Translations under genes and position numbers: made by a program
Notes under the pieces: model-generated
The model's database searches: none
What the model was told of the DNA's origin: nothing
What the model saw: only the letters and a program-made list of their open reading frames with translations
Part shown: piece after piece, positions 62,901-64,000 of the stretch
Layout of the letters: each line of letters opens with the position of its first letter
How positions within the stretch are numbered: position 1 is the stretch's first letter
Origin: Styela clava
Taxonomy: Eukaryota
Assembly: GCF_964204865.1 (NCBI RefSeq)
Contig: NC_135264.1
Location: forward strand, 13,888,001-13,952,000
Direction: 5' to 3'
DNA length: 64,000 bases

Positions 62901-63933
62901 ACTGCTTACTTTATAGGCCTTTTGTTTGGGTCAGCGTCCACAATGGCTTCATGAAATTTATTTTCAAAATATCGTTGTTCAACTTCTGGTCGCAATGTTG
63001 ACGCCCGAACTAATGAACAACCGTTGCTATCAGACCAACACCAACACTAAAAAGAAGAATTTTATCAGAATACGGAACAAGAGAAAAACAGAAAAATTTC
63101 GCAATTCTCCGAAAAGATGGATATTAGGTTGCCATAAAAGAGAGCATTGGTCGAAACAGGATTATTTACTATTTTAAATTCATATTGTAAAATAAAAATA
63201 CACGAACCGGAATTCTTGTTCCAGAAAACTGCTCAGCTGCTGTTGTAAGTTCATTGTCTTTCATTAAAGCTGGAACTACGATGCAAGAACCCATTCTGAA
63301 TCAAATAATGTAGGATATTTTCTAATAATATTTGGGAATTTACACATTTTTTAATAGAATTTGAGGTGAGAGAAAAGATAAGTGTGCAGAGCTAACATGG
63401 GCAAATCCAGCCCGGTGGGCAATTTTATCTGGTCTGCCTGATGCTGTCACAACCAAACTAAACCAAAAATTTGATGTTTTAGCTGGAAAATAGCTCAAGG
63501 AATTTGGTGAGATTGCGATTAAATTGAGTTTGGGCACGAGGCTTATTGTTTTCCAATTTTGCTTTTCTAACACTGTAAATATTGTTCATAAAATGTAACT
63601 TTTTACGTTACACTTACATGGTCCGCCAGTCAAGATAGGCAAAATTTTTAGACCTTGATCCGGAAACCTTGCCTACCTACTCCTTGTGTAGAGAAAACAC
63701 ACATTTTAAAAAGTTCCAGAAAACTATTTTTTTGTTCAATCAAAAAAAGACTGTCTTTGGTATTTGAAAATCTTGACTGCATGAATTTTGACAAATATAA
63801 ATTATTTCTTACGTTGGAAACTCTGTAAACTTCCTATTCACAACTGTAACTCTCCAAAATTTTTTAGAAACAGCACATCTTCGTAGTTCATTTTCCCAAT
63901 CTAATTGCGTTCGATACAGTGGTATTTTGCATG
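53943..63933 (-). CDS. MTMR10: Myotubularin-related pseudophosphatase of the MTMR10/11/12 subfamily; 3' portion (5' exons beyond the right edge)
   Basis: Exons 63933-63813 (DWENELRR..WRV), 63295-63208, 63046-62910 (WCWS), 62197-62112, 61345-61196, 60611-60394 (EHDGIDIS..DPTCRTLEGIQALIQREWVVAGHPFLDR), 59517-59338 (APVFLLFLDCVYQL), 58945-58824 (LFNNPLY), 58276-58166, 57728-57213, 56628-56492, 55780-55614 (WRQCYFRWLP..GGG, 3-PAP region), 55003-54784 (SSYFPYSP), 54325-53943. The catalytic CX5R motif is replaced by EHDGIDI. Confidence 0.92.
54411..54708. mobile_element. hAT-like MITE in the last MTMR intron
   Basis: CAGTGGTTTTCAAAC / GTTTGAGAACCACTT with perfect 8-bp TSD CATTATGA. Confidence 0.8.
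56135..56353 (+). mobile_element. MITE family A (MTMR intron)
   Basis: Family-A body; flanked by the 8-bp duplication CAAATTTG. Confidence 0.78.
56749..56920. repeat. ~21-bp minisatellite (TTGGCTGTATATGCATATG-like)
   Basis: About eight imperfect units. Confidence 0.7.
58505..58762. repeat. ~75-bp degenerate tandem repeat, 3-4 units
   Basis: CAAAACATTCAATTCATGAC.AATAC.AGCATTTAAAA..TTTTTCATCG recurs. Confidence 0.7.
59740..60080. repeat. GTCACTC/GAGT-rich degenerate tandem repeat (similar tract at 44810-44976)
   Basis: TCTCAGTGGC.GTCG.GTCACTCAA.GTC.TACTC.AGTTGAGTGC.TGAC is duplicated; many GTCACTC/ACTCGAGT motifs. Confidence 0.55.
61377..61685. mobile_element. hAT-like MITE (same family as 979-1240, opposite orientation)
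   Basis: CAGGGTTTCTAAAACT / AGTATGGGAAACCCTG; TSD ctctaaag/ctttagag. Confidence 0.7.
62291..62506 (+). mobile_element. MITE family A
   Basis: GGCGCTTCAGAAGTATGTGTACCAATATGG...CCTAACCCTAACCTGGTACACAT. Confidence 0.75.
62693..62879. mobile_element. MITE variant B
   Basis: GGTACTCCCGAAGTATGTGAACCAAGATGG...; collinear with 30862-31056. Confidence 0.65.
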
Positions 63934-64000
63934 CTAAAATATGAAACATTGAAATAAAACTTGATTTTGTGACCGATATTGTATACTTTATGCTTTTTAA

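Noticed and set aside
195-64000. Treating the ORF track entries (many with TTG/GTG starts) as prokaryotic genes
   Set aside because: The DNA is spliced eukaryotic sequence; the meaningful ORFs are exon fragments of the five genes and the rest are short chance frames.

Overview
AT-rich, intron-containing animal genomic DNA, probably an invertebrate chordate such as an ascidian (taxon is inferred, not shown). Five spliced genes can be reconstructed by hand: (1) CRTC/TORC, the CREB-regulated transcription coactivator (minus, ATG 20845, runs off the left edge); (2) a tetraspanin (minus, 27307-22686); (3) a secreted ShKT-EGF-cbEGF-trypsin-ShKT-ShKT serine protease (plus, 35474-43340); (4) a convergent secreted LRR protein ending in an acidic Tyr-rich tail (minus, 48923-43914); (5) an MTMR10/11/12-type myotubularin pseudophosphatase (minus, enters from the right edge, stop at 53943). 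The main signals invisible to the ORF track are: three U18/SNORD18-like box C/D snoRNAs, one in each of three consecutive CRTC introns; a ~680-nt AG-free zone ahead of tandem 3' splice sites that could toggle the CRTC SIK/AMPK phospho-site between CRTC1-like and CRTC2/3-like forms; minimal hammerhead ribozymes in a dispersed Penelope-like repeat; and a GPIb-alpha-like LRR/sulfotyrosine-tail gene lying tail-to-tail with a coagulation-factor-like protease. Many non-autonomous DNA transposons (hAT-like, mariner-like, Merlin-like, Helentron/DINE-1-like) fill introns and intergenic DNA. All exon coordinates were read manually, and family assignments come from recalled motifs, not database searches.
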